Positions 29,781 through 39,780 of a stretch of 64,000 bases of DNA are shown here, one piece after another (the stretch's first letter is position 1; each line of letters begins with the position of its first letter). The stretch covers positions 1 to 64,000 of the forward strand of contig CAWJAX010000002.1 in assembly GCA_963841015.1 (NCBI GenBank), given 5' to 3'. The position numbers and the translations under genes were made by a program. The DNA comes from an uncultured Methanoregulaceae archaeon (lineage in GTDB: Archaea; Halobacteriota; Methanomicrobia; Methanomicrobiales; Methanospirillaceae). The notes under the pieces were generated by a model that was given only the letters and a program-made list of their open reading frames with translations, was not told the origin of the DNA and did not search any database.

Positions 29781-32207
29781 TTATCGTTTCCGATCGATCC
29801 CGATAAAGCCCGAGAACGAACCGTTCCTGTCGTATTTTGGGATTGCGTTACTCTCGAGCAGAACATCATGGCCATCTTTATGAATCCAGTGAGATACATG
29901 GAGGACAGACCTCTGCCTGCTCTCAACAGTAGCCTGGAACGTGTTTTTGTTCACCGGGACCGCATCCGGATGAAGAAAATTAAAAGGAGTCCGTCCAATG
30001 AGCTCATCCGGTGTATAGCCAAGGATTGTTTCCACCTGCGGGCTGACGTATACAAACCGTGATTCTGCATCTGTTTCCCAGGCAATATCCCCGATAGCAG
30101 TGATGAGATTTCGTAATTGCTGTTCGCCCTGTACAATGGCGGCTTCAGCGACTTTTCGTTCCGTAATGTCCCGCGATATTCCGAGAACTGACCGGATGTT
30201 ATTGTCAGGGCCTTTCAAGGGGGACAGAATATGATCATACCAGTATGTCTGGCCATTGAATATGAGAGGCGATGAAGACCTGACAGAAATTCCTTGTTCG
30301 AAGACCGCGTCGAGTGCTTTTTTCTGGTTTATGGCCACTTCAGGAGGAAATAATGTGCTGCGAGGACTCCTGATAATCTCTTTTTGGGATTTATTCACCA
30401 TTGCGGCGGCGTAGCTGTTGATGTATTCCACGCGATCATTCCGGCCAATAATAAATATCAGGTCGTTTGAAACTTCAGAAAGGGTGCGATATAACTCCTC
30501 ACTCTTGCTTAGCGCTTCCAGTGCCATTTTCCTGTCATTGATGTCACGAACAATGACGAGGTCTGCAGGTCTTCCTTCATACTCAATGATGCCGGCATTC
30601 ATTTCAACAAACGATCTGCTGCCATCTTTTCGCATCATGGTTGTTTCATAGGTGGAGGGGAAGGATTCACCGGACATCCGCCGGTTATATTTTTTGATAA
30701 TGTCGGGCAGGGCATCCGGATGAACGAAATCGGTATACGGCCTTCCCATGATTTCTTCTTCAGAACCCCCCCAGAATTCCGAAAACCGGGGATTATACAT
30801 TTTGATGACGCCATCCTGTATTACGCATATCGCATCATTTGCACGATTCACCAGCGTCCGGTATTTTTCTTCGCTTTCCCGCAATGCAGTCTCTAACTTT
30901 TTCCGTTCGTTTATGTCCCTGCACAAGGTAAGGATGATTGGCCCTGATTCAGACTGGATAATCGAGGCATTGATCTCTATAGGTTGGATAGTGCCATCCG
31001 GTTTTTGGTAATCAACTTTAAAATCCCGTACGTGACCTTTCGTAAAGATCGTTTCGATCTCGCGTACATTCCTTTCAACATCATATGATGCTGTCCAGTC
31101 GGTTACGGGTCTTCTCTCTACTTCACCAAGCGTTGACCTTCCGGTAAGCCGGACATATTCCTGGTTTGCTGTAATGACCCGGCCTGTTTTATCAAGGATA
31201 ACATACCCGGTTCCGGTGATTTCAACCAGATTCCGGTATTTCTCTTCACTCTCCCGCAATGCTTCTTCTGCACATTTGCGCTCGGAGATGTCTATGCCGA
31301 TACCTCGCATGCCGGTAATTTTATTTTCATGAACAATGGGCACATGATAGGTTATTAAGGGAAATGTACTTCCATCTTTGCGAATCGACATAAATTCATG
31401 GAATGCCGGGAATTCACTGGGTTCCTCCCCTGATGCCCGGATAAAATCTCCCAATACCCTTTCCCGATCATCAGGATGTATTGTCTGCCAGAGAGTCATT
31501 CCCTTTTCAACATCTTCGTGATCGTATCCGTACATCTCATACGTGCGCTGGTTAACATACGTCACATTTCCCTTGTCGTCACATTCCCAGATACTCTGGG
31601 GGAGCATTTCCACCAGGGACTGGAATCGCTTCTCGCTTGCAAAAAGCGCCGCTTCAGAAACTTTTCGTTCAGTAATGTCCTCAAGAATGACGGACACTCC
31701 TTTTCGCCCATCATCAAAAACCGTCGGGATGATCCGGCAAAACAGGTGGATATCCTTTGTAGCGAGGACAAATTCTCCCGACCATTCTTTTCCAAGAACA
31801 CCTTCCTTGATATTTTCAATAAACCCTTCGAATAATTCGTCAAAGACCATGGAAACTGGCGTATATTCGATGTTTTTTCCAATCAGGCTTTTATTGTCGC
31901 TTCCAACCAGGGTAAGAAATGGCTCGTTTGCATAAATAATCCTGAGACTGCTGTCCATCTGCACAACCAGTTCTGAGGAGATTGAGAGTATTGAAGAGAG
32001 GGCAACCCGCTGAGAGAGTGCGTAAATCTTCTTCATCCCGAACCTGCGCATCTCCACCTGTCCTGATACGAGAAGGTTCTCTAAATATCGACCCACCGTG
32101 TTGCGGTTGATCCTGGTCTTCTGGGCTATCTGGATGATGGTCATGCCCTGCGGATTCTTATTCAAAATATCCTTTATTTTAGAGGTAATATCTTTGATCA
32201 GGACCAT
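29781..32207 (-). CDS. wHTH + multi-PAS one-component sensor (about 6 PAS, no kinase domain)
   Basis: N-terminal NPQGMTIIQIA....NRNTVGRYLE.L..SGQVEM; repeated PAS/PAC units ending DITERK with ESEEKYR linkers. Confidence 0.88.
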   Translation of the reverse strand: MVLIKDITSKIKDILNKNPQGMTIIQIAQKTRINRNTVGRYLENLLVSGQVEMRRFGMKKIYALSQRVALSSILSISSELVVQMDSSLRIIYANEPFLTLVGSDNKSLIGKNIEYTPVSMVFDELFEGFIENIKEGVLGKEWSGEFVLATKDIHLFCRIIPTVFDDGRKGVSVILEDITERKVSEAALFASEKRFQSLVEMLPQSIWECDDKGNVTYVNQRTYEMYGYDHEDVEKGMTLWQTIHPDDRERVLGDFIRASGEEPSEFPAFHEFMSIRKDGSTFPLITYHVPIVHENKITGMRGIGIDISERKCAEEALRESEEKYRNLVEITGTGYVILDKTGRVITANQEYVRLTGRSTLGEVERRPVTDWTASYDVERNVREIETIFTKGHVRDFKVDYQKPDGTIQPIEINASIIQSESGPIILTLCRDINERKKLETALRESEEKYRTLVNRANDAICVIQDGVIKMYNPRFSEFWGGSEEEIMGRPYTDFVHPDALPDIIKKYNRRMSGESFPSTYETTMMRKDGSRSFVEMNAGIIEYEGRPADLVIVRDINDRKMALEALSKSEELYRTLSEVSNDLIFIIGRNDRVEYINSYAAAMVNKSQKEIIRSPRSTLFPPEVAINQKKALDAVFEQGISVRSSSPLIFNGQTYWYDHILSPLKGPDNNIRSVLGISRDITERKVAEAAIVQGEQQLRNLITAIGDIAWETDAESRFVYVSPQVETILGYTPDELIGRTPFNFLHPDAVPVNKNTFQATVESRQRSVLHVSHWIHKDGHDVLLESNAIPKYDRNGSFSGFIGIDRKR

Positions 32208-32375
32208 GCTGAAAATTCTATTAGCGTGTCAGGATATAATAATTCAGGATTACATTTTTTTGTCTGATAATACCCCGGAGAATGGTACCCCCGCCATTGA
32301 GACCTGCCAGCAGAACGCGAATAGGTGGGTGTTTTATTGAAAGGTTTATCGTGTTGACGCAATCAAGCGATACAT

Positions 32376-33431
32376 ATGCGAAGTATCTGGATTCTTGCAA
32401 TAGGATTAATTCTGGTAATTTTAGCAGGTGGTTGTACTTCGACTGCTCCATCTGCCCAACCAACAGCCACCTCAACAATAGTGCCGGGAACTACCCCTTT
32501 TCCGACTACCCCAAAGGTTACTTCATCGGAAACTGCCGCTATACGAGAGGTCATTCCCTCGTCAACTATCACGCAGACGCTGTATTCAACCAGTGATATC
32601 TACAAACACTTTGTTGATATTGCATTCAGTCCGGATTATCCCTCCATTCATAAATGGAACAAAGAATTGGTTCATGTTGCACTTACCGGAAACTATGAGA
32701 GCACAGATATAAAAACAATAAATAATTTTCTCCAGGTATTCAACAGTTATTCAAGCACCACAAAATTGCCCAAAGAAGTTCAACAGAGCGAGACACTGGG
32801 GGATATCGTTGTAACTTTTTTACCCGAATCATCATTAAACAATATTAATCTGGATACCAGCTGGAAGATTTCAAGAAATCCTGAAAATGGTACGATAAAC
32901 TTCATCTATAAAACCAACCCGTTTCAATATGGGGTAATCACCCACACGGTCTATATCAATTCAGATTTAAAGGGGAATGCCCGCACCCATTGGATTTTAC
33001 GATCACTTTTATATGAATTAGGATTCCCTGGAGAGACGGGTATGTACCCGGATAGCATATTTTATTCCGGGTCTGACACGGTGACTTCATTGAGCAAAAT
33101 CGATTTAAAAGCATTGGAATTGATGTATAGCACAAAAATTTCCAATGGCATGTCTCTCAATAAAATAAGAGAAATTCTTGTGATCGATTCATCGGAAACA
33201 GCACCGATCGCGAGCCCGGTCCTGTCGACACCGACCCCCCGGGCTACATCTGTGCCATCAGCAGCACCGACACACCCGTCCGTTCAGGAAGGCACCACGA
33301 GTGCACCAGCCGAAGCGATACCCTCACCTGCAGCGATACCGGAAAGTCCGATACGGCCCCTCTACCTAGCGATTGCAGGGCTGTTTGTCGTGAGTGTCGG
33401 GATTGGGATCTATGCCTGGAAGAACTGGTAA
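32376..33431 (+). CDS. Lipoprotein, DUF2927-like, with C-terminal TM
   Basis: Lipobox LAGGC, Thr/Pro linker, IHKWNK, LLYELGFPG...PDSIFY, DLKALELMY. Confidence 0.6.
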   Translation: MRSIWILAIGLILVILAGGCTSTAPSAQPTATSTIVPGTTPFPTTPKVTSSETAAIREVIPSSTITQTLYSTSDIYKHFVDIAFSPDYPSIHKWNKELVHVALTGNYESTDIKTINNFLQVFNSYSSTTKLPKEVQQSETLGDIVVTFLPESSLNNINLDTSWKISRNPENGTINFIYKTNPFQYGVITHTVYINSDLKGNARTHWILRSLLYELGFPGETGMYPDSIFYSGSDTVTSLSKIDLKALELMYSTKISNGMSLNKIREILVIDSSETAPIASPVLSTPTPRATSVPSAAPTHPSVQEGTTSAPAEAIPSPAAIPESPIRPLYLAIAGLFVVSVGIGIYAWKNW

Positions 33432-33894
33432 CATATCTTTTTTAATCACTTTCGCCCTGCTAACAATACGTATTGACTATCCTGATGGACTTTTTTGATT
33501 ACGATGAATTTTTCTGAAAAGATACTGACTGCCAAGAACCCGGTGATACCGTCATTCCACGCGGACAGCAGGTTATCCCGGGACCAGCCACCCCGGGCCG
33601 CGGAGGACCTGTATCGGGAATACCTGGCGAAACATCCTGCGACCTCGTCTTATGGGATTTGACCTTATGGTGGCGACTATCAACAGCGTATGCAATAAGA
33701 AGTCTATCATTTTTTACTGATGCTGGAGTGATAGTAACCTTTACAGGAGTTGGAGTTTCTGGACAAATGCGACACAGTAGCAAATACTTACTATGCTTAT
33801 CATAAGTGATTTGGCAGACCTGGATTGCAGTAGTCTGGTTGACTGATTCATTATTATCGGAATACCGGGTGAAACCCGGGTAAAAGGCATACCA

Positions 33895-34446
33895 ATGAAA
33901 ATCAAATACCCGGAAATTGGCATTTGCGGGCTTTCCTGCAGACTTTGCCCTCATTACCATACTGAAGGTGCAAGCAGGTGCGGTGGATGTAAAACAGAAT
34001 CCAGAATGGGTGCCGGGTGCCCGTTTATCACGTGTTCCCAAAAAAAAGGAATTGAATTCTGCTGGGATTGCGAGGAAAAGAAAACCTGTGAAAAATGGGT
34101 GAAGCACCGAAAAGCCGCAAAAAAAGCCGATTCATTCAAATGTTACCAAAAACTCGAAGAGGATATTGCGTTTATCCAGAAGAACGGGGCAGGCGAGTTT
34201 GAAGAAACCCAAAAAAAGAGAGAATACCTGCTGAAAGAGATGTTGCGGGAATTTAATGAAGGACGTTCAAAAAGCTACTATTGCATAGCAGTTACCATTA
34301 TGGAAATTGAAGAATTGGAAGAAGCATTAACTCAGGCTCATACGCTTTCTGATGGATTGGAAATTAAAGGGAAATCAAAAGTTCTTCATTCGATACTGGA
34401 TGAAATTGCGGAGCAAAGGAACTATTTTTTAAAATTGAGGAAATGA
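33895..34446 (+). CDS. DUF3795 Cys-rich domain protein
   Basis: IGICGLSCRLC...CGGC...CPFITC...KGIEFCWDC. Confidence 0.85.
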   Translation: MKIKYPEIGICGLSCRLCPHYHTEGASRCGGCKTESRMGAGCPFITCSQKKGIEFCWDCEEKKTCEKWVKHRKAAKKADSFKCYQKLEEDIAFIQKNGAGEFEETQKKREYLLKEMLREFNEGRSKSYYCIAVTIMEIEELEEALTQAHTLSDGLEIKGKSKVLHSILDEIAEQRNYFLKLRK

Positions 34447-34592
34447 GGGTCTGATAACGTAACGGGACCCCATGCTGGTTGTATTGTGCTGATACATGAC
34501 GGGACTTTTATAAATTTTTTATTGAGAAAAACTCTCATATTTTTCTAAAATTTGACAAGGTATATGTTTTCGTGGAAAAAGAGAAACGAACT

Positions 34593-34727
34593 ATGACTGA
34601 TAATCCAGATGATACCCCAAACAATATCTTTGATGATCCGCCTCAGGAATGGCGATTGAACTCCCATGACGAAAGTGCAGCCCGGCGTGCTCTCTATGCT
34701 GCCAGGATGCAATTGCATGAAGAGTGA
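34593..34727 (+). CDS. Possible small protein (44 aa)
   Basis: MTDNPDDTPNNIFDDPPQEWRLNSHDESAARRALYAARMQLHEE in an otherwise empty gap, with AT-rich TATA-like sequence upstream. Confidence 0.35.
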   Translation: MTDNPDDTPNNIFDDPPQEWRLNSHDESAARRALYAARMQLHEE

Positions 34728-35060
34728 CCAAATCTAAAAAAGATCCTGATGCCGCCTGCGTCTGGGTGATGGATAGAGGACATATAGTTCCGAAATTTAC
34801 CTTAGTAACAATTGAAAAAATACAAACCATAGGAATATTACGTAAATTAGTTTTTTTTACGACTGATAATTATCTGAACAGGTTCATGTTTAAAATGAAT
34901 TTTTAAAAGAAACCATGAAGTAAAAGAGATTGCCGGGGGCTCACCGGTTTGTTGAACAAGGGCATAAAAAGGGCAATGTCGTAATAAGAGTGGAAAAGGA
35001 TGAAAAGGAACAGTGAAAAAAATGCAAAAGAATGGAGATAATCTCAAAGAATCGCCGCAG

Positions 35061-35543
35061 GTGAAATCCCTGGTGGTTGTATTCTCTTACCATCATAACA
35101 ATACAGAGAAGATCGCAAACGCCTGTGCAAACGTGCTTGGTGCCAAGGTCAAAACACCGCAGCAGGTCAGGCCAGAAGAGATCGCGGAGTACGACCTGGT
35201 CGGTTTCGGCTCGGGAATCTACAGCGCAACATTCGATCCGTCTGTCCTTGACCTTGCCGACCGGCTGCCAAACGCTGCGGGAAAGAAAGCCTTCCTCTTC
35301 TCGACCTACGGGGCACCGGCCTTTATTGCAAACATGAAGTTCATCGAAAAGAATCACCGTCAGATAAGGGAAAAGCTCCAGGCAAAAGGGTACACGGTTA
35401 TCGGGGAATTCGGGTGTGCAGGGTGGAACACGAACAGTTTTCTCCGGTTCTTTGGAGGGCTGAACAAGGGCAGACCCAATGCCGAAGACCTCAGGAATGC
35501 AGAAGAGTTTGCCCGGAGCGTGAAGGGGAAAGCCCGGGGCTAA
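35061..35543 (+). CDS. Flavodoxin family protein
   Basis: SYHHNNTEKIA, YDLVGFGSGIY, AFLFSTYG, GEFGCAG, GGLNKGRPN; GTG start inferred, could begin at 35022. Confidence 0.88.
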   Translation: MKSLVVVFSYHHNNTEKIANACANVLGAKVKTPQQVRPEEIAEYDLVGFGSGIYSATFDPSVLDLADRLPNAAGKKAFLFSTYGAPAFIANMKFIEKNHRQIREKLQAKGYTVIGEFGCAGWNTNSFLRFFGGLNKGRPNAEDLRNAEEFARSVKGKARG

Positions 35544-35667
35544 GTGGCCATCACTAAAGTAGCAAACCCTGACAAAGTAGTGGACCGACTACCATCCGGG
35601 GGGATTATTCCGGGAATGGGGGAGATGAGTCTAGCTGAAACATAGAGAAATTATGAATTTATTCCCT

Positions 35668-36003
35668 CTAATGTGAAATCTCAAGCCAGACAGCTGGTTG
35701 GTTGCCTATAGTCCAGCCATCATGTCCCGGTGGAATTGAGCCTACATCACCGGGGCCAAATATCTCTTCTTTCCCATCATCCATACGAACACCCAGTCTG
35801 CCCGAGATGACATACAGAATATGGTCCTTTTGACAGCTGTTCGTTTTCTGGACGGGTTTTAAGTGCTTTGACCACTGCCATCCGGGTTCGGTAGTGACCC
35901 GGCGGAGTGTGAGACCCCTGATGGTAACAGCCTCCATTTTCAACTTTTCGGGCGTATTTGTTTCTTCCGGCTGATTCAGACTTTTTTTCTCCATTGCTGG
36001 CAT
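35668..36003 (-). CDS. Cupin domain protein
   Basis: PGWQWSKHLKP...SCQ..H..YVISG, GPGDV..IPPGHDGW. Confidence 0.88.
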   Translation of the reverse strand: MPAMEKKSLNQPEETNTPEKLKMEAVTIRGLTLRRVTTEPGWQWSKHLKPVQKTNSCQKDHILYVISGRLGVRMDDGKEEIFGPGDVGSIPPGHDGWTIGNQPAVWLEISH

Positions 36004-36225
36004 GGTTTACTCTCCCTGCTATGAACAAGCCTAAAAAATCTCTGGCTTGATTAGCCAGATGTTCGGGACAACGATAATATATACATTGCGTCAGGTTTTA
36101 CAAACATCCCGTGAAGCGGACAAACGGTTCAGCGGATGATAAAAGAAGGGACCACAACAGGGATTAAAGTCATAATGTCCGACACTCTTATGGCTCTGAA
36201 AGTGATTTCAGGAAAGCTGGATAAA

Positions 36226-36265
36226 TGAATACATTTTTTACTCAATTGAATACAATATGTATTCA
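36226..36265 (+). promoter_or_regulatory. Inverted-repeat operator over the leaderless start of the MNT gene
   Basis: TGAATACA-ata-TGTATTCA at 36247-36265 (its last base is the A of ATG), an extra half-site at 36226, and TATA-like TTTTTACT between them. Confidence 0.6.
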
Positions 36266-36831
36266 TGCTGGAAGCGATCATCTCATCGAAGACCCGGGTG
36301 AAACTCCTCACCCTATTCCTTCTCAGCCCGGAGCGTGAATATTATGTCCGCGAGATTGTCCGTATGACAGAAGAGAATATCAACGCGGTCCGGAGAGAAC
36401 TGGCAAATCTCGAATCATTTGGTCTCATATCAGGAATGAAAAAGGGAAACCTGCAGTACTATTCCGTCAACCGTGACTTCTTCCTCTACGAGGACCTCCA
36501 GAAGATCCTGCTCAAAACTGAAGGTGTTGCTCGGGTCATCAAAGAAAAAATTACGAACCTGGAAATGATTGACTGCATGTTCATCTATGGATCCTTTGCG
36601 ACGGGAAAAGCAGGAGCAAAGAGCGATATCGACCTTTTCATTGTCGGTGACCTGAATGAGAACCAGCTTATCCCTCTTATCCATGAAAGTGAGCGTGCAA
36701 TAAACCGTGAGATTAACTATACGCTGATGCAGCGCGATGAGATGAGAAAACGAAAGCGGACAGGAGATCCTTTCGTAAAGAATGTAGTGCAGGAACCCAA
36801 GATCATGATCATCGGAACCTGTGATGATTGA
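36265..36831 (+). CDS. wHTH-fused minimal nucleotidyltransferase (MNT antitoxin)
   Basis: N-terminal wHTH (SKTRVKLL...YVREI...NAVRREL), YGSFA.G....SDIDLFIVG. Confidence 0.88.
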   Translation: MLEAIISSKTRVKLLTLFLLSPEREYYVREIVRMTEENINAVRRELANLESFGLISGMKKGNLQYYSVNRDFFLYEDLQKILLKTEGVARVIKEKITNLEMIDCMFIYGSFATGKAGAKSDIDLFIVGDLNENQLIPLIHESERAINREINYTLMQRDEMRKRKRTGDPFVKNVVQEPKIMIIGTCDD

Positions 36832-37240
36832 AGATCTCCAACGGCAGGGACTTATCAAAACGGTCCCAGTCGATAAGAAAAAAATACAGGATGCACGCGA
36901 TCTCGCGCTGAGGGATATCGTTACCGCCCGCTCTATCCTCGCAAATAATCAGGACTGGGCCTATACCATTGCGTACAATGCAGTGCTTCAGGCCGGGCGG
37001 GCCCTCATGTTCTCACACGGCTACCGTCCGGATGGAGCAAACCAGCATGTTTCTGTGGTGAAATTTGTCGAACTGTATCTTGACAAAAATGACAGCATCA
37101 TTTTCGACCGCATGCGACGGAAGCGGAACAGCTCGGTCTATGACACCGCTGGCTCCATCACGGAAAGTGAAGCGGCGTTTGCCCTCCGTGAGGCAGAGGA
37201 TCTGGTAAAGAAGATCTTTGCTGTTATTGACAAATCCTAA
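36821..37240 (+). CDS. HEPN domain protein (toxin of MNT-HEPN pair)
   Basis: AYTIAYNAVLQAGRALM, H.SVV, RRKRNSSVYD (Rx4Y); overlaps the MNT stop. Confidence 0.85.
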   Translation: MMIEDLQRQGLIKTVPVDKKKIQDARDLALRDIVTARSILANNQDWAYTIAYNAVLQAGRALMFSHGYRPDGANQHVSVVKFVELYLDKNDSIIFDRMRRKRNSSVYDTAGSITESEAAFALREAEDLVKKIFAVIDKS

Positions 37241-37340
37241 AACAGCACTGCATTCTCCGAGAAGAGCGACAATTCCATTGGTTACATTTTGTTCCCCATG
37301 GTTCATTTTTGAACCAACCTGATAGAACTGAGATGGCGGG

Positions 37341-37569
37341 TGAGATGCAGACGCTCGGTCATGTTCACTCGTCCTCGCTGATGCTCCGGCTCGCTTCACA
37401 TAACCTCGCTGTTTCTCGCGGTTGATCGGGCAGACGATGACGCACCCCTACGCTCACAGGTTCGCTTCGGGCTTGCTGTTATGTCTTGCTCCTCACACCA
37501 TGCTCTGCATCGTGTTCGTCGCTGTTGATGGTACACATGCGAAACGCTCGATGAATCGTTTGAGTTGAC
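37341..37569 (-). repeat. Structured non-coding repeat, copy 1
   Basis: Direct repeat of 39781-40011; shares ATGTTCACTCGTCCTCGCTGATGCTCCGGCTC, CTTCACATAACCTCGCTGTTT, GCTCCTCACACCATGCT and GCATCGTGTTCGTCGCT. Confidence 0.85.
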
Positions 37570-37710
37570 GTTGGACTGAATGCCACTATACCGAAAATAT
37601 TCCTGGCAACAACCAGGAATAATTTTACTCTCCCAATAATGGGATAGAAGAGATATCGGACGGATCCGGAGCAATGCGCTTTTATTTCTCCAGGCTAATG
37701 TCTTTATCAG

Positions 37711-39192
37711 ATGCCTCTGGAACACGATCTGGCGGAACGGATCCTGAAGATCCTGAAGTTTCATCCAAGGGGAGTGACCATCACCGATCTGGCCAGAAAA
37801 ACGGATGTGACCCGGGATTTGGTTTCAAGGCAACTGGACATACTGGAAGTCTCCGGCAGGGTTGAACACAGGACTATTGGAGCTGCCAAGGTCTATTATA
37901 CAGCCCAACGCGTTCCCCTTTCTGCCTTTCTCTGTTTCACAAAAAATCTGATCCTGGTACTGGACAACAATCAGAGAATCGTTCAGGTGAATGACCAGTG
38001 CATAAAAACTCTGCATCGTGCAAAAGAAGAGATAGTCGGCAAGACACCCCGGGAAGCAGATATCCCGGTCGTATCAACCCCCGAAGCCCTCTTGGTGATA
38101 GAAAGCCTGGAACGCGAACAGATCATCACCGATCTCCGGTATCGGAACGATGGCCAGGATCTCTTCTTTCAGATGCAGGTAATCCCCACCACATTTGACG
38201 ATGGGGAGAAAGGATGCACCCTGGTGCTTGAGGATATTACCGAAAGGAAAAAATACGTCCGGGATATGGAGTTGCTGGCAAGGACAGCGATGGAACTGGT
38301 CGATATGCCTCCAAAAGCCGATATTTACCAGTATATCGCTGAGCGAATCATTGAAATTGTCCCGAAAGCCAGGGTGTATGTCCAGTCGTATGACGAGGAA
38401 CATACCCAGTTTTCTATCCGGGCTATCGCTGGTCCAGAATTTCACGAAGGGCTCATCTCATTGCTGGGGAGGGATCCCATCGGCATGGTTCTGCCAACGG
38501 CCACGGTCTTCGAGGCACCATTTCAGGTCTCGCTCGGCGATTTTTTCAAGACACGTGAATTTGTAGTCCGTTCAGATTATGGTGGGGAAACTACTTCATT
38601 CTTTGACATTTGCTTCCGGCAAATCCCCCAGGAGATCTGCGACGCAATCCTTGAACGGTTTGGAATAGAACGATTTTATTGCACGGGGCTGATTTGGGAG
38701 AACCATCTCTTTGGACTCGTTGGAATTTTCATGCCTCAGGGGGAGGTGCTTGATGGTCACCAGTCTATTGAATCGTTCATCCGGCAGGCATCCCTCGCAC
38801 TGGCCCAGAGGATGACCGCGGACCGGCTCCGCCGGAGTGAACAAAGGTTTCGTGAAGTCATGGATCTCTCCCCGGGTCCCATGAGTATCATTGATTCCGA
38901 AGGCCGCTATACCTATCTCAACCAGGCATTTACTGGTCTTTTCGGCTATACCCTTGCAGATATCCCCACATGCCGTGCCTGGTTTGACAAGGCTTTTCCG
39001 GACCCGGGATATCGCAAAGAAGTTATCAGCGCCTGGAAAAACGATCTCTCGCAAACTGTTGCAGGACAAGTCCGGCCTCGTATCTATCAGGTCCGGTGCC
39101 GGAACGGGGAGCAAAAGACAATACAGTTCCAGCCGGTCACCCTTAAAGACGGAAACCAATATGTTTCCTATAACGAACTGGCTCTGGATTAA
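37711..39192 (+). CDS. wHTH-PAS-GAF-PAS one-component sensor
   Basis: HPRGVTITDLA...RDLVSRQLDILEVSGRVE wHTH, PAS ending EDITERK, GAF-like middle, C-terminal PAS. Confidence 0.85.
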   Translation: MPLEHDLAERILKILKFHPRGVTITDLARKTDVTRDLVSRQLDILEVSGRVEHRTIGAAKVYYTAQRVPLSAFLCFTKNLILVLDNNQRIVQVNDQCIKTLHRAKEEIVGKTPREADIPVVSTPEALLVIESLEREQIITDLRYRNDGQDLFFQMQVIPTTFDDGEKGCTLVLEDITERKKYVRDMELLARTAMELVDMPPKADIYQYIAERIIEIVPKARVYVQSYDEEHTQFSIRAIAGPEFHEGLISLLGRDPIGMVLPTATVFEAPFQVSLGDFFKTREFVVRSDYGGETTSFFDICFRQIPQEICDAILERFGIERFYCTGLIWENHLFGLVGIFMPQGEVLDGHQSIESFIRQASLALAQRMTADRLRRSEQRFREVMDLSPGPMSIIDSEGRYTYLNQAFTGLFGYTLADIPTCRAWFDKAFPDPGYRKEVISAWKNDLSQTVAGQVRPRIYQVRCRNGEQKTIQFQPVTLKDGNQYVSYNELALD

Positions 39193-39302
39193 AGACTCTT
39201 AAAAAAAAGGTTCCTCGGCACGAGGTAATAAACGAGAGCAGGCGAGATATTCCTTATTCATTTCCATAATACACCGACCCACTACGAAAAAAATGAGGAG
39301 AT

Positions 39303-39614
39303 TCATTTGCCTTTTGCAACGGCAACAGCTCTGTTAATCGATTCGATAGTCTGATCGACTGACAGGACCGGTTTGATACTGAAGATGATAAACGGCTGAT
39401 ATTTCAGGATATGGGATTGAAGTGATACTTCGTCCCCCTCGGCTATACAGTATCCCGAACCTGCATCGCAGCATGCCCCCCAGTCATTGAACATGCCGGC
39501 CTTTACGTCCGCTTTGACCCATGCAAGCAGGGTCATCCACAACTTTGCCTGTTCTTCAGGATTCGTGGGAATGGTATTTTGATTCTTCCACCACTTGATA
39601 TAAAATTTTGACAT
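39303..39614 (-). CDS. DUF3303-like small ferredoxin-fold protein
   Basis: 103 aa; G...DWG......GYCIAEG and PFI.F.IKPVLS pattern; purine-rich RBS upstream. Confidence 0.6.
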   Translation of the reverse strand: MSKFYIKWWKNQNTIPTNPEEQAKLWMTLLAWVKADVKAGMFNDWGACCDAGSGYCIAEGDEVSLQSHILKYQPFIIFSIKPVLSVDQTIESINRAVAVAKGK

Positions 39615-39780
39615 CGTTCATACCCCCAATTTCAGCAATACTGCTCTGACGAAGGCTGAATACGACTTAAAAAGAAAGGTGACGCTCAGCAACCGTTATC
39701 TCTGATAATCGCGTCAGAGTAGTTGATAATATTTTTCTAATATTATAATAGTTTTGATTCAATAAAATTACTTAAGCAAT

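Noticed and set aside
33480-33665. 52-aa ORF or GC-rich gene remnant after the DUF2927-like gene
   Set aside because: Too short to assign, with no clear RBS or family motif.
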